Shown here in pieces: positions 18,689 to 26,599 of a stretch of DNA of 28,993 nucleotides (position 1 is the first letter of the stretch; every line of letters begins with the position of its first letter). The notes under the pieces were generated by a model, which saw only the letters and a program-made list of their open reading frames with translations, was not told the DNA's origin and did not search any database. Both the position numbers and the translations under genes were made by a program. The DNA comes from a virus (taxonomy: Duplodnaviria > Caudoviricetes): positions 1-28,993 of the IMG/VR virus record IMGVR_UViG_3300029983_000418; one strand, 5' to 3'.

Positions 18689-19726
18689 ATGTACAATGCG
18701 CAACTCACAGCACTAAAGAATAGTAGCACAGTTACACAAGCTAGAAGAGTAGGACGGTGGATAACAAGCGGTACTTTTGCTGTAGATGCCAGTAACTACG
18801 TGCTGATACTGGCTGGTACGATGAGTCACCCCGTGATGCTACTAGCTACATTATGGGTAACAGTGTGTGCTACTGCACCCGAATGGATTCTAGCGGCACA
18901 ACCTGTAAGCGGGGTGCTTACGTCATTTGCATTCGTGAGCTTTGCACTACTACCGGAGGTCATAACGTACAAGGCAATCGTCAAATGCTTGAAGCTATGG
19001 CGTCTCACGTTTCGCAAGCATGACACCAGCTCACAAGGCGAAACGATCCCGGTCACACGGGGACAATGCGTTACACGCTGGACATGGGCTGTACTCTATA
19101 GCATACCGACTCTCGTATTCCTCACTATGACGCTGTTGACACTGCTTCCCTTTACTATGAGTCACGGGCAAGTCTCGGCTATAGCGGGCAATACACTGGG
19201 CATACGCGCGGTAGCAGGATGGTTCTATGTGCTGATAGGGCTGATAGAGAAGGAAATGGGCAAGAGTGAGGCAAACGATAGTGGAGAGATGTGGTATACT
19301 CGGGTTGTTCCGGTTACGAGACAACCCGAGTATACCACATCCCACCAAATAGATGCAACGTTGCCACATTTGCCGCTACCATCGGCACATGACCAGCCCG
19401 CTTCAGAAGAGACACCAGCCATAGTTACACCGTCTCAGTCAATCGAGACCCATAACGAGAGCATCATATCGACTCTTGAAACAGAGCATGATGTGATAAC
19501 AGATACATTCGTTGCGGCGACTGTGATCGAAGAGACACATGGTACTGTGAAGACACGAGAGAAACGTGAGAAGATTGATAGCAAGAAAGCCTCTGTCAAT
19601 AAGTCGGAGTGGATACGTCAAGCGTACTATAACCATCCCACTGCCAGCATCACTGACATACAAGCGTTAGCAGTGGCGGAGGGTTTCACCGTCTCGCGTG
19701 GCTTAGTGTCATCTGCCAGGGTATAG
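18689..19726 (+). CDS. Multi-pass membrane protein with C-terminal HTH-like domain
   Basis: About 4 hydrophobic segments, low-complexity linker, NKSEWIRQ..TASITDIQ..VSRGLVS. Confidence 0.7.
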   Translation: MYNAQLTALKNSSTVTQARRVGRWITSGTFAVDASNYVLILAGTMSHPVMLLATLWVTVCATAPEWILAAQPVSGVLTSFAFVSFALLPEVITYKAIVKCLKLWRLTFRKHDTSSQGETIPVTRGQCVTRWTWAVLYSIPTLVFLTMTLLTLLPFTMSHGQVSAIAGNTLGIRAVAGWFYVLIGLIEKEMGKSEANDSGEMWYTRVVPVTRQPEYTTSHQIDATLPHLPLPSAHDQPASEETPAIVTPSQSIETHNESIISTLETEHDVITDTFVAATVIEETHGTVKTREKREKIDSKKASVNKSEWIRQAYYNHPTASITDIQALAVAEGFTVSRGLVSSARV

Positions 19727-20223
19727 ATACTTGCCCGTATTTTTGTGGGTATGTACTTGCCCGTAGTTTGTCGGTGTATATGCCCACCGTGTTTTACCCC
19801 TCCTCTCTCATACTATGCCTCACATATCCTCACGCTGTCATGCTTCCAGGTACATCACCGTACAGTATACTAGCTGGTATATATTGTTAGTGCATATACA
19901 CCAGCTTCATTTCCCGGTATATATACTTCTGCAATCATAGCGGCATGCATGCATAAGCATGGTATAGTATACACACACTGCATGCGCTACACACGGTCAA
20001 CATGTGGCTCGATGCTTGCCACGTCACTGCACGTCAATCGGTAACGGTACAGTATGCTATCGTCGTGTAGCATGCAGCATGAGGCACTATGGATGGTGGC
20101 GTGACACCCACAAACAGCGATGGGGGGCATACCCCTTAGAACATCGGTTCGTAATGCTTGTTCCATTTCCTGTCATAACCCATTTTTCGAGACACATGTA
20201 TTTCGTGCATAAGGAGACATATC

Positions 20224-20433
20224 GTGCATCGTACCCCTATTCGCAATGCCTATGCAGTATTCTTTATTCTCTCGTTGTATTGCGCGCTTCTTGAGGCATT
20301 CTCAGCTCTTTTCTCAAGCTATCTTCCCATCTGGTTTCATTGGTGTCTTTGTGTCCTGCTCATTCTGCCCGCGCTTCTCATTGGCATCATCACATGGATC
20401 AATCGTATCCGATCCTACAATGACGGCAACTAA
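20224..20433 (+). CDS. Small two-TM protein
   Basis: AAGGAG RBS, GTG start, two hydrophobic helices. Confidence 0.55.
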   Translation: MHRTPIRNAYAVFFILSLYCALLEAFSALFSSYLPIWFHWCLCVLLILPALLIGIITWINRIRSYNDGN

Positions 20434-20456
20434 AAAATATTCATCACCCCTATAGG

Positions 20457-20485
20457 TTGACAAATATACTAGTATGGTGTATACT
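20457..20485 (+). promoter_or_regulatory. sigma70-type promoter
   Basis: TTGACA-17 bp-TATACT. Confidence 0.75.
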
Positions 20486-20530
20486 AAGAGAGTAAGGAAT
20501 GTTGTTTTGCAAAGAAGAAAGGGATCTATC

Positions 20531-20728
20531 ATGAAACGTTTGTTGGTATGGCCCAAGCCGTACAAGTCCATTGCTATATGGTCCTGTGTTGCTGTTGTAG
20601 CATTGATTGCTGTATCTACAACTCTACTGCCTGGACGAATAACAAATATAGCTATTGCCATCAATGTAGTCCTCATTGCCATAGAGACGCTCATTGTCGT
20701 GTTCGTGAAAGAAAGGGAGACAGAATAA
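20531..20728 (+). CDS. Small two-TM protein
   Basis: AAAGGGA RBS before MKRLLVW. Confidence 0.6.
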   Translation: MKRLLVWPKPYKSIAIWSCVAVVALIAVSTTLLPGRITNIAIAINVVLIAIETLIVVFVKERETE

Positions 20729-20985
20729 TGACAGATCAAGATCGTATCAATTGGTCAGACGATCAGTGGCCCTCGTTTGAAAAGGGCCGCGCCGATGGGT
20801 ACAAGGCATGGAACGGGAAAGGTGACCGTTTGCATGGGACAGAGCCGACACGCGCCGCATACGACATATTGGATCAGGCCGTAAATGAGGGCTTATGTGA
20901 GAAGGATGAGATCTCACAGCATGGGTACTACACCGGGTCGATCCGGGGGCTACGTGGTGATCCGATTGACGGCGTGAAATACTAG
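20728..20985 (+). CDS. Hypothetical protein
   Basis: TAATG coupling, start MTDQDR. Confidence 0.6.
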   Translation: MTDQDRINWSDDQWPSFEKGRADGYKAWNGKGDRLHGTEPTRAAYDILDQAVNEGLCEKDEISQHGYYTGSIRGLRGDPIDGVKY

Positions 20986-21004
20986 AAGAAGAAAGGGAAG
21001 ATCC

Positions 21005-21376
21005 ATGAAACTATCAGAAGCAATCAGAAAAGGCGCAACGTTACACCCTCAAGTCTTTGGATGCTTTGTGGGATGGGCACAAGAGGAAGAGGATGGTACG
21101 CCCATTATGGGCACATGTGCGATCGGCGCGGCGTACGAGGCGATAACCGGGAATCTCCCTACAAACCCATTTGACGATACTACTATTGAGGCTCTGCTCC
21201 TCGATGAAATAGATGAGATGAACGATGAGTTCGGCGATGAGAGGGTGATAGGATATCCGTCTCAGTTAGGACTCACACGCCATGAGGAAGTGACAAGCGT
21301 TATAGCGTGCCTCAATGATTTCTATGCATGGAAGCGTGAAGATATTGCCGATTACCTGCAAGAAGAGGGGCTATAG
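21005..21376 (+). CDS. Hypothetical phage protein
   Basis: CAIGA..LND..W.REDIADYL pattern; strong RBS. Confidence 0.65.
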   Translation: MKLSEAIRKGATLHPQVFGCFVGWAQEEEDGTPIMGTCAIGAAYEAITGNLPTNPFDDTTIEALLLDEIDEMNDEFGDERVIGYPSQLGLTRHEEVTSVIACLNDFYAWKREDIADYLQEEGL

Positions 21377-21377
21377 C

Positions 21378-21698
21378 ATGACTCAAAAAGCTGAAGATAT
21401 CATCAATACGTGGCTGAGGGGAACAGGCCATAATGGCATTGAATTAACGCTTTCCACCACGATGCCAAACGGCCATACCCTGCACCTGGATTTCTACCCA
21501 CTCCTTTTGATGAAACAGTATCACATGTACCTCTGGTACGACGCAACAAAAGAGGATATCCGTACCGAGGGTGACATTCATCAGGCGTTCATGCGCGATC
21601 CTCAGAACGATTGGGGCGATATGCGCGACAATATTCTTTTCGTCTTCGATGTTGATATTGAAGAGTCCGTCTGGGAGATCGTTGGGAGTAGGCCGTGA
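21378..21698 (+). CDS. Hypothetical protein
   Basis: GAGGGG RBS before MTQKAE. Confidence 0.6.
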   Translation: MTQKAEDIINTWLRGTGHNGIELTLSTTMPNGHTLHLDFYPLLLMKQYHMYLWYDATKEDIRTEGDIHQAFMRDPQNDWGDMRDNILFVFDVDIEESVWEIVGSRP

Positions 21699-22039
21699 GT
21701 GCTCCTAAATATGATCCTCCCTTTGAAACTGAAAGCGCCAATGGTGACCATGAGGGAGAAGTACCTACATGGTCACACCACTGTATTGAAGATCCTCTTG
21801 TGATCGCTGCACTCATAAATAGTGGCTACACGGTACGACATGATTTTGCAAAGTGGCACAACGTATCACCGGGTATTGTCTCAGATGATGTGCTCTGTGT
21901 TGGGGGCAAGCGTGTATATGTCAGAGGTACACTCCTAACTTTCGAGGGCAGGGATGATTTCATAGCCCGGCTTAGTCGTATACACGGGCACCTCGATAGT
22001 ATAGAGGAACGGATAAGCAGAAAGGAACGAGGGGGATAA
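21695..22039 (+). CDS. Hypothetical protein
   Basis: GTGA overlap. Confidence 0.6.
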   Translation: MSAPKYDPPFETESANGDHEGEVPTWSHHCIEDPLVIAALINSGYTVRHDFAKWHNVSPGIVSDDVLCVGGKRVYVRGTLLTFEGRDDFIARLSRIHGHLDSIEERISRKERGG

Positions 22040-22042
22040 GAG

Positions 22043-22468
22043 ATGAGAGTTAATTTCTCGATTGACATGAATGATGTCGATACACTAAATGCAAGTATGC
22101 TAAAAGGGGTTTGGGAAGAGCCGTGGTCACTTTGGGAAGGGATGTACTACTACAGTTGTGAGGTCACAGACCAAACTTACACGTTGCTGTCTCATATGAA
22201 TATCATTCATGATCTCGCCGTTGTCGATGAGGAAGCTGAACGGGCAAAGTTCAAACTGAACATGCCGACAAAAGATGTTCAGTGTTCAATCGGGGCTACC
22301 TGGAAAGTTGAGTGTTCACTGAACAACTACATTGAACAGATCGTAACTGAACAGGTCATGAAAGTACTGAATAGCGTTGAATACCAATCGCGTGCATTGA
22401 ACGCTCTCTATCCTGAGCTATTCAGTGAACACCAACAACCATTGAACACTGAACAGAAGAAAGACTGA
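22043..22468 (+). CDS. Hypothetical protein; 3' half overlaps the motif array
   Basis: GAGGGG RBS. Confidence 0.6.
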   Translation: MRVNFSIDMNDVDTLNASMLKGVWEEPWSLWEGMYYYSCEVTDQTYTLLSHMNIIHDLAVVDEEAERAKFKLNMPTKDVQCSIGATWKVECSLNNYIEQIVTEQVMKVLNSVEYQSRALNALYPELFSEHQQPLNTEQKKD

Positions 22469-22688
22469 ACATGTCACACTTTGACTGAACAGGTGAACAG
22501 AAAGCTATTCAGTGAATAGTAAAAGGATCAGGTAAACACTCCGGCTGACTGAATAGCACTGAATAGCCCCTATTCACTGAACACTATACCACCAACAAAA
22601 GAAACTGAACAGTGAACTTAAAAGAAGCTCAAACAAAAGTTCACTGTTCACTGAATAGTCTACCATTTCAAGAAAGGAAAATGAACAC

Positions 22689-22898
22689 ATGAGTATCCAC
22701 GTCCGAGGTGAATACCTCAAACAAATCCGACTATCCAATAACTTTAGTCGTACCACGGCGGCAAAGTATCTTGAGTTGTCCCCCAGAATAATCCGGCGTA
22801 TTGAGGAAAGTAAACGCAAGTGTTCAGTGGGAGAGATAAACTTGTTGGCTACACTTTATCACATTGAGCCAACTAGTATTGTGCGAGATTATGAGTGA
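22689..22898 (+). CDS. XRE/Cro-family HTH regulator
   Basis: LKQIRLSNNFSRTTAAKYLELSPRIIRRIEESKRKCSVGEINLLATLY. Confidence 0.8.
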   Translation: MSIHVRGEYLKQIRLSNNFSRTTAAKYLELSPRIIRRIEESKRKCSVGEINLLATLYHIEPTSIVRDYE

Positions 22899-22915
22899 AA
22901 AAGAAAGGTAGAACA

Positions 22916-23374
22916 ATGGATATTGCAGAGGTAATGAAGAACGAGATTGATTGTGCTGTTCAGTGGTGGTCACAACAGTTACGTCAAAAAACACAGCATA
23001 AGACGGGGGATTTGTTTAATGATGCTATCATGCATTTAGTACTAGACATGATAGCATCGAAGGCTATTCCAGATGAACAAGTCTCTCTTTTTGAGGAATC
23101 ACTCCGGATAGGGATCATCAAGCTCATAGAAGACGCTGGAATTGATGTCAACGATCCACCGGCAGGATCATACCACCGTGTCGTCAGCACTGACTACAGC
23201 CCCGATGAGGTGCTGTCTACTGCCCTATCCACAGCAAATATTAACGATGGTGGTTATAGGTTGCCGATGAAGACAATCATGTGGATTAATCCAGGTGCCG
23301 TTTCCGTTGCGCAAGGCTATGGCGTACAATCAATAACGATCTATTCAGTTCAGGACGTAACGAATGAACACTGA
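22916..23374 (+). CDS. Hypothetical protein
   Basis: AAAGGT RBS before MDIAEV. Confidence 0.65.
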   Translation: MDIAEVMKNEIDCAVQWWSQQLRQKTQHKTGDLFNDAIMHLVLDMIASKAIPDEQVSLFEESLRIGIIKLIEDAGIDVNDPPAGSYHRVVSTDYSPDEVLSTALSTANINDGGYRLPMKTIMWINPGAVSVAQGYGVQSITIYSVQDVTNEH

Positions 23375-23699
23375 ACAGCCAACAAGCAGTACGACAGTGA
23401 ACAATGATTGGTATTCACTGAATAGCCGAGGCTATGTACTAAACAGTGAACAGGTGAACACTGAACAGCCAGAACCGGATCGGTGGCTACGATTGATTGA
23501 ACAGCCGCAAGCACTGAATAGCGAGGTGAATACTGAACAGGGGGCTATTCACTCTACTGTTCAGTGGTATCAATTGGCTGAACAGATTGCATCCGATATC
23601 GATGCTATTCATTCCCTCTGCTATTCAGCTATTCAGTCTGATGATTTACGACCTTACGTCAAGAAGATAATGAACATCCTCGAAGGAGTAAGAGAGTGA
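23364..23699 (+). CDS. Hypothetical protein shaped by the DNA motif array
   Basis: Repeated NTEQ/LNS peptides encoded by TGAAYA motifs. Confidence 0.45.
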   Translation: MNTEQPTSSTTVNNDWYSLNSRGYVLNSEQVNTEQPEPDRWLRLIEQPQALNSEVNTEQGAIHSTVQWYQLAEQIASDIDAIHSLCYSAIQSDDLRPYVKKIMNILEGVRE

Positions 23700-23884
23700 A
23701 CACCCTTTATAACATCTATGTCGATTCCTACAATTTCTTCATTGGCATCTACAACCGATGTGTTGACTACTGGAATAAGTACGCACCGATAGAAGATGAG
23801 GGGGCCATCATTCCTACAGATCTGTATAATCAACAAATTGAAGAATTCAACGAGAGGGTTGAGGAGATAAATAATGAACAGTAA
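23696..23884 (+). CDS. Hypothetical protein
   Basis: AAGGAG RBS, GTGA overlap. Confidence 0.5.
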   Translation: MNTLYNIYVDSYNFFIGIYNRCVDYWNKYAPIEDEGAIIPTDLYNQQIEEFNERVEEINNEQ

Positions 23885-24107
23885 ACACAGCTATTCACTG
23901 AACACCCCCCTATTCACTGAACAGGACGAGACTGAACACCTGACCATCAACCATTATATTGAACAGTGGACGGAGCTGATCGATCCCTATTCACTGAACC
24001 ATCTTAGTGCGATCATCGATAAACAGAGAAATTGTAGGAGGCTTCGTAAAGCAACCGTACATCGAACTGCAAGAAAGCAAGGAAGGTATCAATCATGGAA
24101 CCGGTAA
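23874..24107 (+). CDS. Hypothetical protein shaped by the DNA motif array
   Basis: GAGGAG RBS; YSLN/TEQ repeats. Confidence 0.5.
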   Translation: MNSKHSYSLNTPLFTEQDETEHLTINHYIEQWTELIDPYSLNHLSAIIDKQRNCRRLRKATVHRTARKQGRYQSWNR

Positions 24108-24325
24108 AAATGTTGCCAGTGGAGATTTATGAGGCCATTAAAGTATCATGGGAGAGAATGGACAGGTACTTTACCTCTTGCCCCTTCTCAGTTGAAGACA
24201 TGATGACTGAGAATGAACGCATTGCATACCACAGATCCCATTGCCATTTTCAGGACATTGAGTATGATCCGACAGACTGGAATGATGAAGAGGACGATGA
24301 TCCTGATGAGGATGAGGATGAATGA
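24095..24325 (+). CDS. Small acidic protein
   Basis: D/E-rich tail; GAAGG RBS. Confidence 0.6.
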   Translation: MEPVKMLPVEIYEAIKVSWERMDRYFTSCPFSVEDMMTENERIAYHRSHCHFQDIEYDPTDWNDEEDDDPDEDEDE

Positions 24326-24660
24326 GTACAACGTCAAGCGCATGCCTTTTCTATGGATATGTTCGCCCTTATGATGAAGAACAGGGTGAGTATGAAGAGA
24401 CTTCATGGGATAAGAACTTCTTGAACGAGTCCCACGGATGTACCATTCATGTATACGGGTTCGATGAAAGGCTCGGCAGTTTCCTCTCCGTCAACGATTC
24501 ATATAAAGAGGCAAAATGGGATGATGCCGTTCTCCTTTTGCCTGACAGCCTCTTTGTCAAGGAAGGATGGGACGAACAACTTCAAAACGCCGCGCACTTT
24601 TTTGATCTTGACATAACCGGATTAAACGCGCAATGGCACCTTGTTTGCCTTTACTTCTAG
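24322..24660 (+). CDS. Acidic hypothetical protein
   Basis: ATGA overlap. Confidence 0.65.
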   Translation: MSTTSSACLFYGYVRPYDEEQGEYEETSWDKNFLNESHGCTIHVYGFDERLGSFLSVNDSYKEAKWDDAVLLLPDSLFVKEGWDEQLQNAAHFFDLDITGLNAQWHLVCLYF

Positions 24661-24673
24661 TTTTTTCAATCTC

Positions 24674-24716
24674 AGCATGATACACTTGTTACAAGCACGT
24701 GTATCATGCTTTTTTA
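24674..24716 (+). terminator. Rho-independent terminator
   Basis: 12-bp stem AGCATGATACAC/GTGTATCATGCT followed by a T run. Confidence 0.75.
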
Positions 24717-24727
24717 TGGGGAAAACG

Positions 24728-24922
24728 ATGAATAGTGACCGAGCGCAAGTTGAACGGATGGTTTCACACCTGCAAAAAAGCAAGTGGGAGCATTATAACG
24801 CCTGTTATCAATGCAAATTTCACTCTTTATGCGGGGTATGGAGAACCTATAGCCGCCTGCATGATAAATGGTCAACGCTCCTCACTGGCATGAGCACGTT
24901 ACAAGAGAGAGGGATGGATTAA
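24728..24922 (+). CDS. Small Cys/His-containing protein
   Basis: H..CYQC..LC; GGGG RBS. Confidence 0.5.
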   Translation: MNSDRAQVERMVSHLQKSKWEHYNACYQCKFHSLCGVWRTYSRLHDKWSTLLTGMSTLQERGMD

Positions 24923-25127
24923 ATGATTTTTTTGTTTTTGTTGCGCATTCTCTTCCAAAGGCGGTGTACAATCGTGCACCCTAACGGTATTCACTGTCAA
25001 AATAGAGCAGAGCGCCGCTACACGACGCTGGTGTATGTACCGTCAATCTATCGGAGTGTTGCGCTCCCCATGTGCCTAGAGTGCTTCCTATGCGCTCAGG
25101 GTACGATTATCCAGAGGGCAAGCAAGT

Positions 25128-25628
25128 ATGGCACCACCACGCACAAAAAGAAAACAGAAGATGCGCGACGAAGATGTAAACTACGCGCTTCGTGCTCATA
25201 TGGCGCTCGAACTACGCATAAAAGAGCGTCTCTCGTACGGTGAAATCGCACAGCGTTGCGGCTATGCACATGAGAACGTTGTCAAGCAAATAATCAAAAA
25301 AGAGATAGAGCGCACGATTGTTCATGACGTTGAAGAGTTGCGGGCACAAGAGGGCTTGACGTACGATATCCTGCAAGCTGAGTGCATGAAAATGTTTTTT
25401 GACTCTTCAAACAAGGGGCAATTATGGGCACTTGATCGCATTCTGATCATCATGCAGCAACGTGCCAAGCTCTACGGCCTGGACGCGAAAGAAGATCAAC
25501 AACAGATACAGACGGTCCTTGTTCGCCAGATACCAGCCGGGTACTTCGGGGCCATTGATTCCATGCCACAAGGACAGTTGGCAGAGGCAAAACAAATGCC
25601 CCCGATCATGGAGGAACGTGAAGATTGA
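25128..25628 (+). CDS. terS: Probable terminase small subunit
   Basis: N-terminal HTH (ALELRIKERLSYGEIAQRCGY), helical oligomerisation-like region, position upstream of terL. Confidence 0.6.
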   Translation: MAPPRTKRKQKMRDEDVNYALRAHMALELRIKERLSYGEIAQRCGYAHENVVKQIIKKEIERTIVHDVEELRAQEGLTYDILQAECMKMFFDSSNKGQLWALDRILIIMQQRAKLYGLDAKEDQQQIQTVLVRQIPAGYFGAIDSMPQGQLAEAKQMPPIMEERED

Positions 25629-25658
25629 CAGACGAGAAAGAAAGGAATAGGGAGGGAT

Positions 25659-26219
25659 ATGAGTACATTCTATGGCGACAACTGGAAGTTTAGTATCATC
25701 GGGGACATCTCACCATCAGGCAACATAATGCCTCGGCCATTTGATATGCAAGCATACATCAAGAGCATAGACGGGGTGAGTGAGTGGCTTGCCTCTCTGC
25801 CATTTGACGATGAGAATTATGAGTTAAGCGTGGATGTACGGGCTTCAGCACACGATATCACACCAATTGGCAATCAATACAAGCTTAATTCACTGATTAT
25901 GGCAATCTACAAGGTAAAGCTCAGACGAATAGTAGGGGGATTAGAAGAGGTATTTTTAGCAACGTTTCACAACGGTCAGAAGTGTGATGAGTCGTATACC
26001 GCAACGATTATCCCTAAACCTCCCTATCTACCAGTCACTTTTAAAGGGGAGTATGCCGACTTTACCGATGCCTCAAAATGGTCTCTCTCTTTGCCAACTC
26101 CAAAGAACGAATTAGAGAAGTTTCATGAAGAGCTTATCGAGGCCATGCATGAACCGGTTATAGACACACCGGATGATGACGATGAGGAAGAAGACTACTA
26201 TGATCAGGTATGGAGGTGA
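25659..26219 (+). CDS. Hypothetical protein
   Basis: GGGAGG RBS; acidic tail. Confidence 0.65.
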   Translation: MSTFYGDNWKFSIIGDISPSGNIMPRPFDMQAYIKSIDGVSEWLASLPFDDENYELSVDVRASAHDITPIGNQYKLNSLIMAIYKVKLRRIVGGLEEVFLATFHNGQKCDESYTATIIPKPPYLPVTFKGEYADFTDASKWSLSLPTPKNELEKFHEELIEAMHEPVIDTPDDDDEEEDYYDQVWR

Positions 26220-26224
26220 TAGAA

Positions 26225-26596
26225 ATGACTGGTGAAAAGTTTATTCATGCCGCCCGGCGCATCATGGATACAACCCCGATGGGGGACTATGATAGTTTCT
26301 CGAAAACGCTCTATGAGTTTGCAGAACACGTACTCAGCGAGGTGGGGTATGCTGATCGGATCGATGAAGTAAGGGACTACAAGCCAGAGACGCCGCCGCA
26401 ACTCCCACCGTATAGCGGATTCGCTATCGTGGGTGAAACAGGGCCGGAATCAGTACATATAGCAGGGAAAGGTGTGAAGGTCTATGTGAATGCATCAGAG
26501 TTATCTTCAGCATTCACCGATGCCTCAAAGTGGAAGCTTAGTATGGAGCATGTACGCAATTGGAGTGCTGTTATGCATGGAACATGGGTAAAGTAA
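26225..26596 (+). CDS. Hypothetical protein
   Basis: GGAGGTG RBS; contains VGETGPE. Confidence 0.6.
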   Translation: MTGEKFIHAARRIMDTTPMGDYDSFSKTLYEFAEHVLSEVGYADRIDEVRDYKPETPPQLPPYSGFAIVGETGPESVHIAGKGVKVYVNASELSSAFTDASKWKLSMEHVRNWSAVMHGTWVK

Positions 26597-26599
26597 TAC

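Larger units (their letters stand above)
22256..24000. repeat. Dense dispersed TGAAYA/TRTTCA motif array
   Basis: About 55-60 copies by hand count, often as the palindrome TRTTCASTGAAYA. Confidence 0.85.

Noticed and set aside
20004-20294. 96-aa ORF in the spacer
   Set aside because: No RBS, atypical composition, and it overlaps a better-supported gene
20224-20728. Holin assignment for the two small TM proteins
   Set aside because: No endolysin nearby and the context is an early-type region
22256-24000. CRISPR array interpretation of the TGAAYA repeats
   Set aside because: Units are only 6-13 bp, irregularly spaced and in both orientations, and no cas genes are present
22256-24000. LexA boxes (GAAC-N4-GTTC) or phosphorothioate GAAC/GTTC sites
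   Set aside because: The palindrome geometry is the opposite (TTCA-S-TGAA) and many copies read GAAT
24923-25243. 106-aa Cys-containing ORF before terS
   Set aside because: May be real, but it overlaps terS by 116 bp and has no recognisable family, so it is left uncalled
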